Assembly (NCBI GenBank): GCA_002749205.1
Contig: PDOP01000031.1
Coordinates: 35,603 to 99,602, forward strand
Source of the DNA: Treponema sp.
GTDB lineage: Bacteria > Spirochaetota > Spirochaetia > Treponematales > Treponemataceae
Length of the DNA stretch: 64,000 bases
Reading direction: 5' to 3'
Below, piece by piece: positions 48,716 through 59,606 of the stretch. The first letter of the stretch is position 1; every line of letters starts with the position of its first letter. The notes beneath the pieces were generated by a model. It was not told where the DNA came from, searched no databases, and worked only from the letters and a program-made list of their open reading frames with translations. The position numbers and the translations under genes are program-made.

Positions 48716-50317
48716 TTATTCCATCAAGTTTGCAAGACTGTCTTTTTTTAGAAGTCGCAAACTATTGTCGGTTGTTTGAACCATAATTCCCTTATCGGTA
48801 AAAATAACCGGTGTGTATGGCTGAACCTTTATGTCGGATTTTGCTTTTAACTGTAAGTCGGCATCAAAGCGTCCGAGATAGTATGAGCCTGATTTATCGA
48901 TAACCGCATAGTAGTCATCGCCGTCTTTTGCCAATACGCTTTCTGAAGCAATATCTTCATTACCTTGCTTTTCCACTTCAAGTGTCAGCGGGTCAAACAG
49001 CACGAGAGTAACAACACCGGCGCCTGAGTCTGAGCCTGCAATCGCCATAAGACGACCGTTCGCATCAAGCAATTCTCGCCCGTGAATTGTATCAACCGCA
49101 GAGGTTTTCAGAACCTTTGCCGTTTTTATATCCATCAACACTAACTCCGAAAGAAGCGTGGATTTTTCAACAACTTTTAGCCCGTAACCCGGCACGGAAG
49201 AAGCAATTGCGGCATTCTTGGCAGCCTTTTTTTCGTTGGCTTTTTCTTCGATAATCTTTTGAGTATCGGCAGCAACATCTTTTCTGTCCGACTGAGCTTC
49301 TTCTTCTTTTTTATCCGCAAACTTTTGCTCCTTTGCGGCTTTATCCTTTGCAGCCTTTGCATCTTTCTTTTTGGACTTAGCTTCTTTATCTTTGGCATCG
49401 GCTTTTTTCTTTGCGTCTTGTGCCTCTTTTGCTTTTTTCTTTGCGACTTTTTTATCTGCGGGGTTATTTGTTTTTTCAGCTTTTTTCTTTGCCTCATCCG
49501 CCGCTTTTTGTTTTTCTGCCGCTTTTTTCTTTTCGTCATCAGCCGCTTTTTTTGCCTTATTTGCTTCTTTTTCTTTTTTTGCGGCATCCTTTTGTGCAAC
49601 TTTAGCGCGGTCTTCGGCTTCTTTGCTTTCTCGCTCTTTTAAATCAATCATATCTTCGCGAACCGGAATGTCTTTATCTTTTTCGGTTTGCATTTTTTTG
49701 ACAACTTCTTTTTCCGATATGGTACTTGTATCTACGGTACTCAATGTTCCCGAATAACTCGAATCCGAAAGCGGAATAACAATTTGACTGTTTCCCGGCC
49801 ATTCGCTGTAATTCAATGCCAAACCCACTTTTTCGGCAGTAAGATTTTTTGTAACAACTTCTTTATATTTTGCATTAAAGTTGTTCATATTTTTTCTGTA
49901 AACCGCATTATAAATCGTTACAAAGTGAGCTATAGTATTTGCGTCTTTTGCACTGTATCCGTATGCCGCTCTCAAGTATCCTGAAATTATTAACCTGAGA
50001 TTATCTATGTGGTCAACCTTTGCATTTTTCCCAAGAAACAATATATCAGCGTCAAAGCCTTCTTCAACAGACTTATCCACCGCATGTACTACATAATAGC
50101 GAGAAGGTACTCCGGCTTTTCCTGATTTTGCAGCCCCTGCTAATCTTTTGCCTATTCCCGTAATAGCAGATACAGAATCTACACTTGAATGCTTTCCTGT
50201 GTAGTTAATGAATTCTACTTTATCTCCGCTCTGTCTGATTTCCTTTTCATCAACTTCATAGGCTGACAGTGATGTAAAAACAAACACAAAAAAACAAACA
50301 AACCAAAATTTCCTCAT
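48716..50317 (-). CDS. P83/100 family spirochaete antigen
   Basis: signal peptide; VEFINY, DADI, VDHIDNLRLII.GYL..AYGYS, FVTIYNAVYR, WPG.SQIVIPL; central Lys/Ala-rich coiled coil. Confidence 0.85.
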   Translation of the reverse strand: MRKFWFVCFFVFVFTSLSAYEVDEKEIRQSGDKVEFINYTGKHSSVDSVSAITGIGKRLAGAAKSGKAGVPSRYYVVHAVDKSVEEGFDADILFLGKNAKVDHIDNLRLIISGYLRAAYGYSAKDANTIAHFVTIYNAVYRKNMNNFNAKYKEVVTKNLTAEKVGLALNYSEWPGNSQIVIPLSDSSYSGTLSTVDTSTISEKEVVKKMQTEKDKDIPVREDMIDLKERESKEAEDRAKVAQKDAAKKEKEANKAKKAADDEKKKAAEKQKAADEAKKKAEKTNNPADKKVAKKKAKEAQDAKKKADAKDKEAKSKKKDAKAAKDKAAKEQKFADKKEEEAQSDRKDVAADTQKIIEEKANEKKAAKNAAIASSVPGYGLKVVEKSTLLSELVLMDIKTAKVLKTSAVDTIHGRELLDANGRLMAIAGSDSGAGVVTLVLFDPLTLEVEKQGNEDIASESVLAKDGDDYYAVIDKSGSYYLGRFDADLQLKAKSDIKVQPYTPVIFTDKGIMVQTTDNSLRLLKKDSLANLME

Positions 50318-50389
50318 TTTTATTCCTCCATAGTACTCCGAATTCATGTAATCAACTTACAGTCTTCTTCATACTCTCTATTATACTAT

Positions 50390-52012
50390 CTATTGTACTA
50401 CATTTTCAATCGTTTGTCTTGCAAAATTCTTGATTTTATTGGAATATCCCCCATTTATTATAGAAAAAAGCACATAAACAGCCTTTTTTGCCGTATATTC
50501 ATCTCCGAATTTTACTAAATTCTCAAGGGCTTGGCAAGCCGATTTCATCAGCAAAAAATTAAACCCGTTTTCTCCGCTTATCAAAATTTTTATCGCTTCA
50601 ATGGTTCGTCCGTCAGGGTCATAAGCAATTCCACCAAGCCCCTTTAGAATACCTGTCGCAAACTCCACATCAGGTTTTTTACGAGCCTCATCGAGTAAAT
50701 ACTCACGGTATTCATACGAGCCCATCTTACCTAAAAGCTCTGCAGCCTGTCCCCTTTCAAACGAATTAAAGTCTCGCGGAAAATACCTTCGCTTTTCGGT
50801 ATTCCCGATAATACGCACCAAGATATTCGCATACTTAACCTCATCTTCACCCAAAGTACCGTCCTCTATAGCAGTATCAATCTCACTGAGCATCAAACCT
50901 GTAGAATCTTGTTCAATAAGCAATGGCAGGTCAAACGATTCCGGTGAAATAATGCCGTGCTTATGAGTAACAATATCGGGGTGATCTTTTTTGCGAGTCA
51001 GCTTTGCTTCCATTCTATAGGCACGCATAATTTTTCCGCTCACCCCGACAACCATTCCGTTTTCGGTAATAACAGGCATAAAATCTTTTTCAGGAATCAT
51101 ACACTCCCATTTTAATTTTCCTCTATCCGTTACCAAACAACCATAACCGCCCGCAGTAATATAATACTCATTTTTAATAGAATAACAGTAAACATCACCT
51201 GAAAAAGATTGTCGCAAAGAAATGCGCCACTGCTCGCTGTTATCGGTAATACTTCGCATTGAAACTAGTCCGCTGTTTGAAACAACCAAAACAGAATTGC
51301 CCTTATAATGCAAAGCCTTACAAACACTTCCCTCATTGCTCTGCCAAACAGCTGTTGAGCCGTCTTGCACTTTATAATACGCAAGAGACGCATCAGTACA
51401 TGCCATCAAATAACCGCCCGGTGCATCGGACAAAACAGAAATAGTTTTTTTAAGTCGCTTGTTTTCGTTAATATTGCCAAAAAGCGAAAACCGCAAAAAA
51501 TCCCCGTTTTCCAAAACCAGAAGAATTTCTCCGGTACCTGTTTCGCAAACATTTCTAGCGGGCGGTGATTTTAACTTTCTCTGCCATTTAAGCACCCCAT
51601 GCCTGCTAAAACACATAATAGTTTTTGACTGCAAAATAAATAGCCTGCCGTCTCGGCTAAAATACACCGGAAACATCGGAAGCTCATCTAACTTAAAACT
51701 CCAAATCGGAATACCCTGAGAAGAAAAAGCCTCAACACCACCGCTTGCCGTAATCACAAAAAGCAACCCTGAAGGCGAAACCGTAATAAACTTCCCGTAT
51801 TCTTCGGTATTCCGCCGCCAAACAAACGAGCCTGAAGTAGAAACACAATTCAACGCCCTGTCATCGCCAATCGAATAAATATGCTTATTCCAAATCACGG
51901 GGTTTGCCAAATTTTTGCCGGCCATCACCAAAGTCCAAAAAGGCTCAAGTTCAACCGCAAAAACGGAAATTAAAATACAAACAAAAACGACAACACATAA
52001 AAACTTTTTCAT
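50390..52012 (-). CDS. secreted PQQ-like beta-propeller protein with helical C-terminal domain
   Basis: signal peptide MKKFLCVVVFVCILISVFA; repeated G..vW.. blades. Confidence 0.65.
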   Translation of the reverse strand: MKKFLCVVVFVCILISVFAVELEPFWTLVMAGKNLANPVIWNKHIYSIGDDRALNCVSTSGSFVWRRNTEEYGKFITVSPSGLLFVITASGGVEAFSSQGIPIWSFKLDELPMFPVYFSRDGRLFILQSKTIMCFSRHGVLKWQRKLKSPPARNVCETGTGEILLVLENGDFLRFSLFGNINENKRLKKTISVLSDAPGGYLMACTDASLAYYKVQDGSTAVWQSNEGSVCKALHYKGNSVLVVSNSGLVSMRSITDNSEQWRISLRQSFSGDVYCYSIKNEYYITAGGYGCLVTDRGKLKWECMIPEKDFMPVITENGMVVGVSGKIMRAYRMEAKLTRKKDHPDIVTHKHGIISPESFDLPLLIEQDSTGLMLSEIDTAIEDGTLGEDEVKYANILVRIIGNTEKRRYFPRDFNSFERGQAAELLGKMGSYEYREYLLDEARKKPDVEFATGILKGLGGIAYDPDGRTIEAIKILISGENGFNFLLMKSACQALENLVKFGDEYTAKKAVYVLFSIINGGYSNKIKNFARQTIENVVQ

Positions 52013-52055
52013 AACCAAAACCAAAACAGATAAACCTTAAAAAAGTTAAATAAAT

Positions 52056-52257
52056 TTGCTTGACGCCAACCCGACGGGCTCGCATAACCTTTTGCTTTTT
52101 TCTTATATAAATTCAAACGGTGCTTTTCCTGCCGTCAAAGACCTTTACTGATATTTATAATCAAGCAAAAGTGTAGACTTCGCCCGTCTAAATCAGATTA
52201 AGCGAATTGTTTGAGAAAAATCACTTTTGTGATTTTTCTCATTCTCTCCGGTATTCT
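52056..52257 (-). repeat. family A element, copy 11
   Basis: minus strand: AGAATACCGG-hairpin-GCTTAATCTGATTTA-GACGGGC-GAAGTCTACA-CTTTTGCTT...AAGCAAAAG-GTTATGCGA-GCCCGTC-GGGTTGGCGTCAAGC. Confidence 0.9.
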
Positions 52258-52272
52258 TTTTTAAAACCCCGC

Positions 52273-53670
52273 CTACCTAAACATATCTTTTACAATTTCC
52301 TTAAACTTGTTACCTCTGTCGAACTCATTTTGAAACATTCCAAAACTAGTTGCGCCCGGCGAAAAAATTACATTTTTTCTTTTTGAATTTTTTAAGCAAT
52401 CCTTGCCGTTAAGAGCTTCAAGCAAATCTTCTAAATTCGAAAACACTCCTTCAAAAACGATATTTCGTTTTTGAAGCATCGGAACAAGCAAATCCGTTCC
52501 CGAGCCTTCCAACAGAAAAACAGCCTCTGCTTTATCCGCATTTTCGGCAAGTGAAGTAAAATCCAAATTTTTATCCGTCCCTCCTGCAATCAAAACAGGC
52601 GGTGTCGAAAACGAATCTAATGCCGCAACCACGGCTTCGGGTACTGTGGCTGTTGTATCATTATAAAACCTAAAATATTGATTTTCATGAAAAAACTCAA
52701 GCCTATGTTCCAACCCTGAATAATTTTTCATTACGGAAGGAATTTTCTTTGCATCAACACCGAACAAAAACATTGCAAGCCCTGCATTCAAAACATTCTG
52801 CCTTAAAGCCCTGCCCGGAACCTTGCAATCACTCGGTAAAAGCAAAATTTCATTATTGTCGATATTACAAACTCCATCACCCGAAGCCGTAAAATATACC
52901 CCTTTCTTTTTTTCATCACTAAAAGGCTCTTTCGAATACCAAAGAACTTTAGCCGCTGTTTCACTTGCAAAAACCTTCCCCCACTCATCATCGGCATTGC
53001 AAACAGTAAACTGCCCTGCTTTTTGATTTTTATAAATAATTTTTTTGTCCGCAACATAAGATGCCATTGAGCCGTACCAGTTTTGGTGGTCGCTCATAAT
53101 CGGTGTTAAAATTACAACCTCAGGACTTAACTGCGAATTCTGTAGATCGTTTAACTGCCAACTTGAAAGCTCAAGAACAACAGGAGTAGTTGCATCGGTT
53201 TTTTTTAAAAAAGTCAACGGGCTTACAGTAATGTTTCCGCCCAAAAAAGCATTATACCCGCAATGAGTCAAACCGTAATGCAAAGCACTGACGGTTGAAG
53301 ATTTTCCTTTACTCCCCGTAACGGCTAAAATCGGGGCAGATGTTAATTGCAGAAAAATAGAAATATCGGATTCAATTTTTTTTGCTTTTGCCAAAAATTT
53401 ATTTCCGGCTCTTTTGACTGCAGGATTTTTGATTACTAAATCCGCATTTTCAAAATCAGCAATTTCGTGTTTACCCAAAACAAAACGAATGTTATCAAAA
53501 CTGTTCAATTTTTCAACTGAGGGAATAAGATCTTTTTGCGATTTCATATCCGTTACGGTAACATCTGCCCCCTGTGTTGCACAAAACAGGGCAGAAGCAA
53601 GACCGCCGCCGTTAAGCCCCAATCCCATTACAGTAACCTTCATACCTGAAAAGTCATTTAATTTAAGCAT
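52273..53670 (-). CDS. murD: UDP-N-acetylmuramoyl-L-alanine--D-glutamate ligase
   Basis: GLGLNGGG, AVTGSKGKSST, GGNI, ELSSWQL, HRLE, NDTTAT, IAGG.DK, SPGATSF.MF.NEFDRG. Confidence 0.95.
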   Translation of the reverse strand: MLKLNDFSGMKVTVMGLGLNGGGLASALFCATQGADVTVTDMKSQKDLIPSVEKLNSFDNIRFVLGKHEIADFENADLVIKNPAVKRAGNKFLAKAKKIESDISIFLQLTSAPILAVTGSKGKSSTVSALHYGLTHCGYNAFLGGNITVSPLTFLKKTDATTPVVLELSSWQLNDLQNSQLSPEVVILTPIMSDHQNWYGSMASYVADKKIIYKNQKAGQFTVCNADDEWGKVFASETAAKVLWYSKEPFSDEKKKGVYFTASGDGVCNIDNNEILLLPSDCKVPGRALRQNVLNAGLAMFLFGVDAKKIPSVMKNYSGLEHRLEFFHENQYFRFYNDTTATVPEAVVAALDSFSTPPVLIAGGTDKNLDFTSLAENADKAEAVFLLEGSGTDLLVPMLQKRNIVFEGVFSNLEDLLEALNGKDCLKNSKRKNVIFSPGATSFGMFQNEFDRGNKFKEIVKDMFR

Positions 53671-53894
53671 AATGATATTATAAACCTTTTATATGTTTTT
53701 TTAAAGTAGCAAACACTTTGGAAAATCGCAAAAACAGTCTATATCGATTAAGTTTTATGTACCGCGTTTTTTTTACTTTGGGGGGTAGCGGAGGCTAGGA
53801 GCCGGAGCTAGGGGGAGACACCCCCTCATTATGTTTTAAAAATGAGCCTTCTTCTAAGGCTTAGATTAAGAATACCCGATAATCAAAATATAGC

Positions 53895-53923
53895 TTGACA
53901 ATATTAATTAAAAGCCGTATTAT
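53895..53923 (+). promoter_or_regulatory. sigma70 promoter of the MCP gene
   Basis: TTGACA-17-TATTAT, AGGAG SD downstream. Confidence 0.7.
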
Positions 53924-53960
53924 AAATAAAGGTTAAAACTTAACCTCCAGGAGACTTAAA

Positions 53961-55793
53961 ATGATGGAAAATAAAATGCCAAAAGCCCCAAAAGCTATTC
54001 TGATACTTGATTTATTGACTAATTTGGGTTGGATTTTCAGTGATATAATTACTAACTTAGTTGTTGGAAGGTCTGACAATACATTAATGATTGTTACATC
54101 CAAAACAGTTATAATCGTATTGATACTGTCAATAATTGTGCCGGTCATAAAATGGAAAACATTAATTCCTGCAATCATGGATTGGGAAGAAAATGAAGCG
54201 AAGGCACAAAAAAGCATTTCTCTTTACATAAAACTTATGGCAATTTTACCGATAAGTATTGCAGTATTAGCACCTGTTTTTGCAAGCATGGAAACAGGAC
54301 TTATAGATAAAAGAGCGGCATTCATTTCCTTTTATTTATTAACATTTGCAAATATTCTGTTTTTGGCAAGTGCCTTTGCGTCAACCTGCTCAAGACTACT
54401 TGAAAAGTGGGCATCGTTTATCCCTGTTAACCAAAAGTTCAATAAGTTTTCAATGACCAGACGAGTTTTCTTGATGGTATTTTTCAATGTCATTTCATCA
54501 ATGTTTTTTATTATGGTGCCTTTTATACGAACCCCGGAAGCAGCCGGAAGCACACCATTTTTACTGAAGATAGCGTTTCTTATAGCTTTAGCTTTGGTAT
54601 ATTCTTCATATAATATTCTTTCTCCAATAAGTGCAACTCAAAAGCGCGTAAACAAACTAAAAGCCAATATATTTGAATTATCCAAAGGAAACTACGGTCA
54701 ACGCAATATAGAAATAGATTCCAGAGACGATATGGCTTTACTTTTTTCGAATTATAATTATTTTTTGGATTTTTCTCGTAACTTCTTAGGCACACTAATA
54801 GATGCAGTAAATGTATCAAACACGGCTTCAGAAAAACTTGGTGTAAATATGCAAAGCACCTCAAAAGCTATTTCATTTATTACAAACGGTATTGAAACAG
54901 TTGACGAGCATATACAAAATCAATCGGCCGGTGTTTTGGAAACACAAAGTACTCTGGATCAAATTGCACGAAATCTTAATAACCTGAATTCCAATATTGA
55001 AAACCAGGCAACATCGGTAACAGAATCCGTTTCCACAATAGAAGAAATGAGTGCAAGTATTCAATCCGTTGATAAGGCTGTAAACGAAAACATGCGTGCA
55101 ATAAACGAACTGCAAAAAGCAAGCGAAGAAGGAAATAAAGCATTGCAGAATTCTACGGAAGTTGTAAAAACAGTTACCGAAAACTCAGATGGTCTTTTGG
55201 AAGCCTCAAGTGTAATTCAAAACATAGCAAGTCAGACAAACCTCTTGGCAATGAATGCCGCAATTGAAGCGGCCCACGCAGGCGATGCCGGAAAAGGCTT
55301 TGCAGTCGTTGCAGACGAAATCAGAAAGCTGGCAGAAGAATCAAGCGTACAGGGAAAAAATATCACCAATGTTTTGAAACAATTAAAATCACAAATTGAA
55401 ACTCTGTCAACTTCATCTATGAGTGTCGAAAAACAGTTTTCAACAATTGTCAAATTACTGGGGCTTGTACAAAACCGCAGCACCGAAATTATGAATGCAA
55501 TGACAGAGCAAAGTTCAGGCAGTGCTCAAGTTTTAAATGCTGTTAGAGAAATAAACGAAATAACCGAGCAAGTAAAACTGGGCTCAAGCGAAATGGTCAA
55601 CGGTAATAAAGAAATCGCAAAAGAAAATCAAAAGCTGGTTGAAAGTGCAGAAGAAATTACAACAAATATGAAAAACATAAATTTAAGTGCCGAAAATATA
55701 AAAACTTCAATTGCGATGGTATTGGCGGCCGGAGAAGAAGAAATGGAAGCCATAAAAAAAGTTTCAAACCAGTTGGCAAAATTAACAGTGTAA
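53961..55793 (+). CDS. methyl-accepting chemotaxis protein (multi-TM N-terminus)
   Basis: six hydrophobic segments; [35 protein letters not shown]. Confidence 0.93.
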   Translation: MMENKMPKAPKAILILDLLTNLGWIFSDIITNLVVGRSDNTLMIVTSKTVIIVLILSIIVPVIKWKTLIPAIMDWEENEAKAQKSISLYIKLMAILPISIAVLAPVFASMETGLIDKRAAFISFYLLTFANILFLASAFASTCSRLLEKWASFIPVNQKFNKFSMTRRVFLMVFFNVISSMFFIMVPFIRTPEAAGSTPFLLKIAFLIALALVYSSYNILSPISATQKRVNKLKANIFELSKGNYGQRNIEIDSRDDMALLFSNYNYFLDFSRNFLGTLIDAVNVSNTASEKLGVNMQSTSKAISFITNGIETVDEHIQNQSAGVLETQSTLDQIARNLNNLNSNIENQATSVTESVSTIEEMSASIQSVDKAVNENMRAINELQKASEEGNKALQNSTEVVKTVTENSDGLLEASSVIQNIASQTNLLAMNAAIEAAHAGDAGKGFAVVADEIRKLAEESSVQGKNITNVLKQLKSQIETLSTSSMSVEKQFSTIVKLLGLVQNRSTEIMNAMTEQSSGSAQVLNAVREINEITEQVKLGSSEMVNGNKEIAKENQKLVESAEEITTNMKNINLSAENIKTSIAMVLAAGEEEMEAIKKVSNQLAKLTV

Positions 55794-55842
55794 TTATGAT
55801 AGCTTAAAAAAGTCGTCTGACCTTTGCACAACAGCTAATTTT

Positions 55843-57861
55843 TTACATTAAGCTGACAGGGTCTATGTCAATTTCGATATAGACCCCCGTCATTACCGAA
55901 TAATTTTTTACAAAATACATCACCGGCTTTTGCATATCCTGCATCTTTTCCGAGCGCAACAGTATCTGCATTCTGTAATTACCCGAAATCATCGCAAGCA
56001 TACATTCTGACGGACCCATAATTTCAACCGTTTCGGGAATCAAGTTTTCAAGAATTTCTTTTGCACCGTATGCGGCAAGCTCCGCTTTTTTTAATTGTTT
56101 ACTTCTAAAAACCAACCGCAAAAGACGCGAAAAAGGCGGAAAAAAAAGAGCTTGCCTTTGTGCCAATTCATATTCATAAAAGTCTTCTATCCTTCCGTCC
56201 TTTGCAAAAACTATTGCAGGATGCTCCGGTCTGAGCGTTTGAATAATTACTTCACCGTCAGGAATATACCGCCCTGCCCTGCCTGCCACTTGTGTTATCA
56301 ACGAAAAAGTTCTTTCCGCCGCACGAAAATCAGGCATCTGCAGACCTGTATCCGCCAAAGCAATGCCAACCAACTTTACATTTGGAAAGTTAAGTCCCTT
56401 TGCAACCATCTGTGTACCAAGCAGTATATCCGTTTTTTGTGTTTTAAAATCCTCAATTGCCTGTTTCAGTTTTTCTGCCTTACCTGACAGGGCATCTGTA
56501 TCAATTCTTTCTGTAACACAATCAGGAAAACCTTTTATAATTTCATTTTCGATAAATTCCGTACCAAACCCGGCATAACCGGTTTCAAGCGATCCGCATT
56601 CAGGACAAGTTTCTGGAGGGCTACATTGCCACCCGCAATAATGACATTTCATCACGCCGGAAGACTTATGCCAAGTAAGCGGAACTGAACAATTTTTGCA
56701 AAGCATTTCAAAACCGCAACTATGGCACTTAAAAAAATGAGAAAACCCGCGCCTGTTCAAAAAAACAATAGACTGTTTTCCTTCGCTTTTAATCTTCCGC
56801 ATAGAATCAACCAAAAAACGACTGAGGGAATTTTTTTCACCGCACATATTAACGGTAGTAATTTTTGGCATATTCCCACCGGCAAGCCTTTTAGTCAATT
56901 TTAACTTTTTAATCTTACCTATTTGCATCAAATGCCAAGCTTCAACCGATGGTGTAGCAGAGCCCATCACAACAGGAAAGGCAAGTTTTTTTGAAAGCAT
57001 CATTGCAACCTGTCTTGCATGATAGCGTGGTGATGAGCCTGATTTATATGAGCCGTCATGCTCTTCATCTATTATAATTAAACCTAAATTTTTGGCGGGA
57101 GCAAAAACAGCACTGCGCGGACCTATAATAATTCTTGCATCGCCATTTTTTATTCTCATCCATTCTGAAAATTTTTTACCGGTAGACAACCCTGAATGCA
57201 ACACCGCCGCCAAATCACCGAAACGGCTTACAACCGACTCTGTAACCTGATGCGTCAAAGCAATTTCAGGCACCAAATATATAACAGCCTTGTTTTGTTT
57301 TAAAACTTCATCTGCAATCTGCAAAAAAACTTCTGTTTTACCCGAGCCGGTAACCCCGTAAAGATAAAAACTATCAGCCTTATCAAGATTTACAGTAATT
57401 GTTTTTACAGCGTATTCCTGCTCATCTGATAATATTATGTCCTTATTATTAAAGTGTGGCAAACTTGCTGTTAAACTTTCAAAAGCAGTCATTCTACGTC
57501 CTGAAGGCAACATAGCCGAAAGGCATTCGCCAACAGAGCAAATATAAAACCGTGAAAGCATAAAACTCAGTTCAATTTGCAGTTGCCCAAAAATAGGCTC
57601 AACATCTACAATTCGTTTCAATGGCTTAATTTTATCAGGCGATACCGGGAACTCACTCGGTAATTCATCAAACTCTCGAATAACAAAACCGATTGCCTCC
57701 CTGTTACCTAAGTTAGCCACAACCCTACGACCAACCAATGACGGGGCAGTAATATCCTTTCCGTTTTCAAGTTCCAGTCTATAAGTAAACTCGGCAAACA
57801 CAGGCACATTAAAAACAACTTCCACCCACTTTGCATTTTTCATTAAATTTGAGTATGCCAT
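55843..57861 (-). CDS. priA: primosomal protein N' (replication restart helicase)
   Basis: GVTGSGKTE, DEEHD, FLNRRGF, Cys-rich zinc motifs, GTQMVAKGLNFP, QVAGRAGR. Confidence 0.97.
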   Translation of the reverse strand: MAYSNLMKNAKWVEVVFNVPVFAEFTYRLELENGKDITAPSLVGRRVVANLGNREAIGFVIREFDELPSEFPVSPDKIKPLKRIVDVEPIFGQLQIELSFMLSRFYICSVGECLSAMLPSGRRMTAFESLTASLPHFNNKDIILSDEQEYAVKTITVNLDKADSFYLYGVTGSGKTEVFLQIADEVLKQNKAVIYLVPEIALTHQVTESVVSRFGDLAAVLHSGLSTGKKFSEWMRIKNGDARIIIGPRSAVFAPAKNLGLIIIDEEHDGSYKSGSSPRYHARQVAMMLSKKLAFPVVMGSATPSVEAWHLMQIGKIKKLKLTKRLAGGNMPKITTVNMCGEKNSLSRFLVDSMRKIKSEGKQSIVFLNRRGFSHFFKCHSCGFEMLCKNCSVPLTWHKSSGVMKCHYCGWQCSPPETCPECGSLETGYAGFGTEFIENEIIKGFPDCVTERIDTDALSGKAEKLKQAIEDFKTQKTDILLGTQMVAKGLNFPNVKLVGIALADTGLQMPDFRAAERTFSLITQVAGRAGRYIPDGEVIIQTLRPEHPAIVFAKDGRIEDFYEYELAQRQALFFPPFSRLLRLVFRSKQLKKAELAAYGAKEILENLIPETVEIMGPSECMLAMISGNYRMQILLRSEKMQDMQKPVMYFVKNYSVMTGVYIEIDIDPVSLM

Positions 57862-57903
57862 AATTTTTTAAACCATATAAGCTATCTTTTAACGCAAAAT
57901 TTT

Positions 57904-58803
57904 TTATTGTTTAATTTTATTATAAAGCTCGTCCAAATCATCTGCAGAAAAATAAGAAATCTCCACAGTACCTTTGTCTGCATTGCCCTTTATAATAACC
58001 TTTGTGCCGAGAGCATCTATAAACTGCTGTTGCAAATCTTGCAACTCGGGCAACATCTGCTTAAACTGTACCTTCCCCGCAAACGAAGCATTAGAATTAT
58101 TTTTTTTCGAATTAAGCTCAGAAGCAATCCTTTCGCTACTTCTGACTGATAAACCCTCATTGATTATTTTTTCAAACAAAGTTTTTCGTTTTATATCTGT
58201 ATTTACTGAAAGAATCGCCCTCGCATGACCTGATGAAATCCGACTTTCCTCAATAGCTTTTTGGGCGTATTCAGGAAGCTGTAAAAGCCTTAAAAAATTC
58301 GCAATAGCAGACCTACTTTTACCCACTCGTTGCGACAAGTCTTCTTGACTTAAATCATACATATTAATCAAATTTTGATATGCCTTGGCTTCTTCAATCG
58401 GATTTAAATCTTCACGCTGAATATTCTCAATTAAAGCAACCTCAAGATTTTTCTCTTCGGCAATATCTGAAATCAAAACAGGAATTTCAGAAAGCCCTGC
58501 CAAAATCGAAGCTCTGGTACGCCTTTCACCTGCAACAATAAAGAGTTCCCCTTTCTCCCCCCTGCTTACAACAACAGGCTGAATAATGCCGTGCTCTTTT
58601 ATGGATACAGAAAGCTCTTGAAGCGACTCGTCCGAAAACACTTGCCTCGGTTGATGCGGATTCGGCTTTAATTGATTTGGATCAATTAAAATCAAATTCT
58701 CATTTGAAGATTCCACCTTACTTGAATTATCTTTACCGGGAGAGTCGTCTTGAGAAAGCAAAGCATCAAGCCCCCTGCCCAGCTTTTGTTTACTTTTCGC
58801 CAC
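57904..58803 (-). CDS. parB: chromosome partitioning protein ParB
   Basis: LGRGLDALL, PNPHQPR, AGERR.RA, ENIQREDLNPIEEA, HTH GKSRSAIAN. Confidence 0.95.
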   Translation of the reverse strand: MAKSKQKLGRGLDALLSQDDSPGKDNSSKVESSNENLILIDPNQLKPNPHQPRQVFSDESLQELSVSIKEHGIIQPVVVSRGEKGELFIVAGERRTRASILAGLSEIPVLISDIAEEKNLEVALIENIQREDLNPIEEAKAYQNLINMYDLSQEDLSQRVGKSRSAIANFLRLLQLPEYAQKAIEESRISSGHARAILSVNTDIKRKTLFEKIINEGLSVRSSERIASELNSKKNNSNASFAGKVQFKQMLPELQDLQQQFIDALGTKVIIKGNADKGTVEISYFSADDLDELYNKIKQ

Positions 58804-59551
58804 GCTTTAAAATCTCCTCTGCTAATTTATTATAACTCTTTGCACCGATTGAAGAAGGCTCATATTTACAAATCGGCAAACCATGAGAAGGCGCTTCCGA
58901 AAGCCTGACATTTCTCGGAATAATTGTTTTCAAAACCCTGTCTTCAAAATAAGTAGAAACTTGCTGAACAACTTCTTGAGCAAGCCGTGTCCTCGAATCA
59001 TACATCGTAAAAAAGATTCCGCCAATCTCCAGTTTTTTATTCAAACCGGACTGCACCCGTTTAACTGTCTTTAAAAGTAAAGTCAATCCCTCCAACGCAA
59101 AATACTCACATTGAAGGGGAACCAAAACCTCGTCAGCTGCAACCAAACCGTTCAAAGTCAAAATTCCAAGTGATGGCGGACAGTCAATCAATACATAATC
59201 GTAAACATCTTTTACCTGCAACAAAGCATTTTCCAAAAAATGTTCCCTCTTATCAACATCAACCAACTCAATAGTCGCCCCCGACAAATTTATATTCGCC
59301 GGAAGCACAGAAAGCTTTTCAATAACCGTTTTTTGTATCGCCTCGCTCGTCTTACAAATCCCCGAAATAGCATCATAAACAGTCAAACCATTCTTATCAG
59401 CACCAACCCCTGACGACATATTACCTTGAGGGTCAAAATCAACCAACAAAGTCCTCTTACCGGAAAGCGCAAAATACGCCCCTATATTCAAAGCCGAAGT
59501 CGTTTTCCCGACTCCCCCCTTCTGATTTACAAACACAAGAATCTTAGACAT
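58790..59551 (-). CDS. parA: ParA/Soj ATPase
   Basis: NQKGGVGKTT, DFDPQGN, IDCPPSLG, IPRNVRLSEAPSHG. Confidence 0.95.
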   Translation of the reverse strand: MSKILVFVNQKGGVGKTTSALNIGAYFALSGKRTLLVDFDPQGNMSSGVGADKNGLTVYDAISGICKTSEAIQKTVIEKLSVLPANINLSGATIELVDVDKREHFLENALLQVKDVYDYVLIDCPPSLGILTLNGLVAADEVLVPLQCEYFALEGLTLLLKTVKRVQSGLNKKLEIGGIFFTMYDSRTRLAQEVVQQVSTYFEDRVLKTIIPRNVRLSEAPSHGLPICKYEPSSIGAKSYNKLAEEILKRGEK

Positions 59552-59606
59552 TTTTTAAGTATACATTATTTTCAAAAAAATTAAAAGAGGTTCAAAGAGT
59601 ATATTT

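Noticed and set aside
49177-49984. Overlapping ORFs within the P83/100 gene
   Set aside because: Shadow frames produced by the stop-poor Lys/Ala low-complexity repeat.
53808-53828. GGGGG..CCCCC hairpin (similar one at 7562-7579) as a separate element family
   Set aside because: Only two short, dissimilar-loop examples, too little to support a family.
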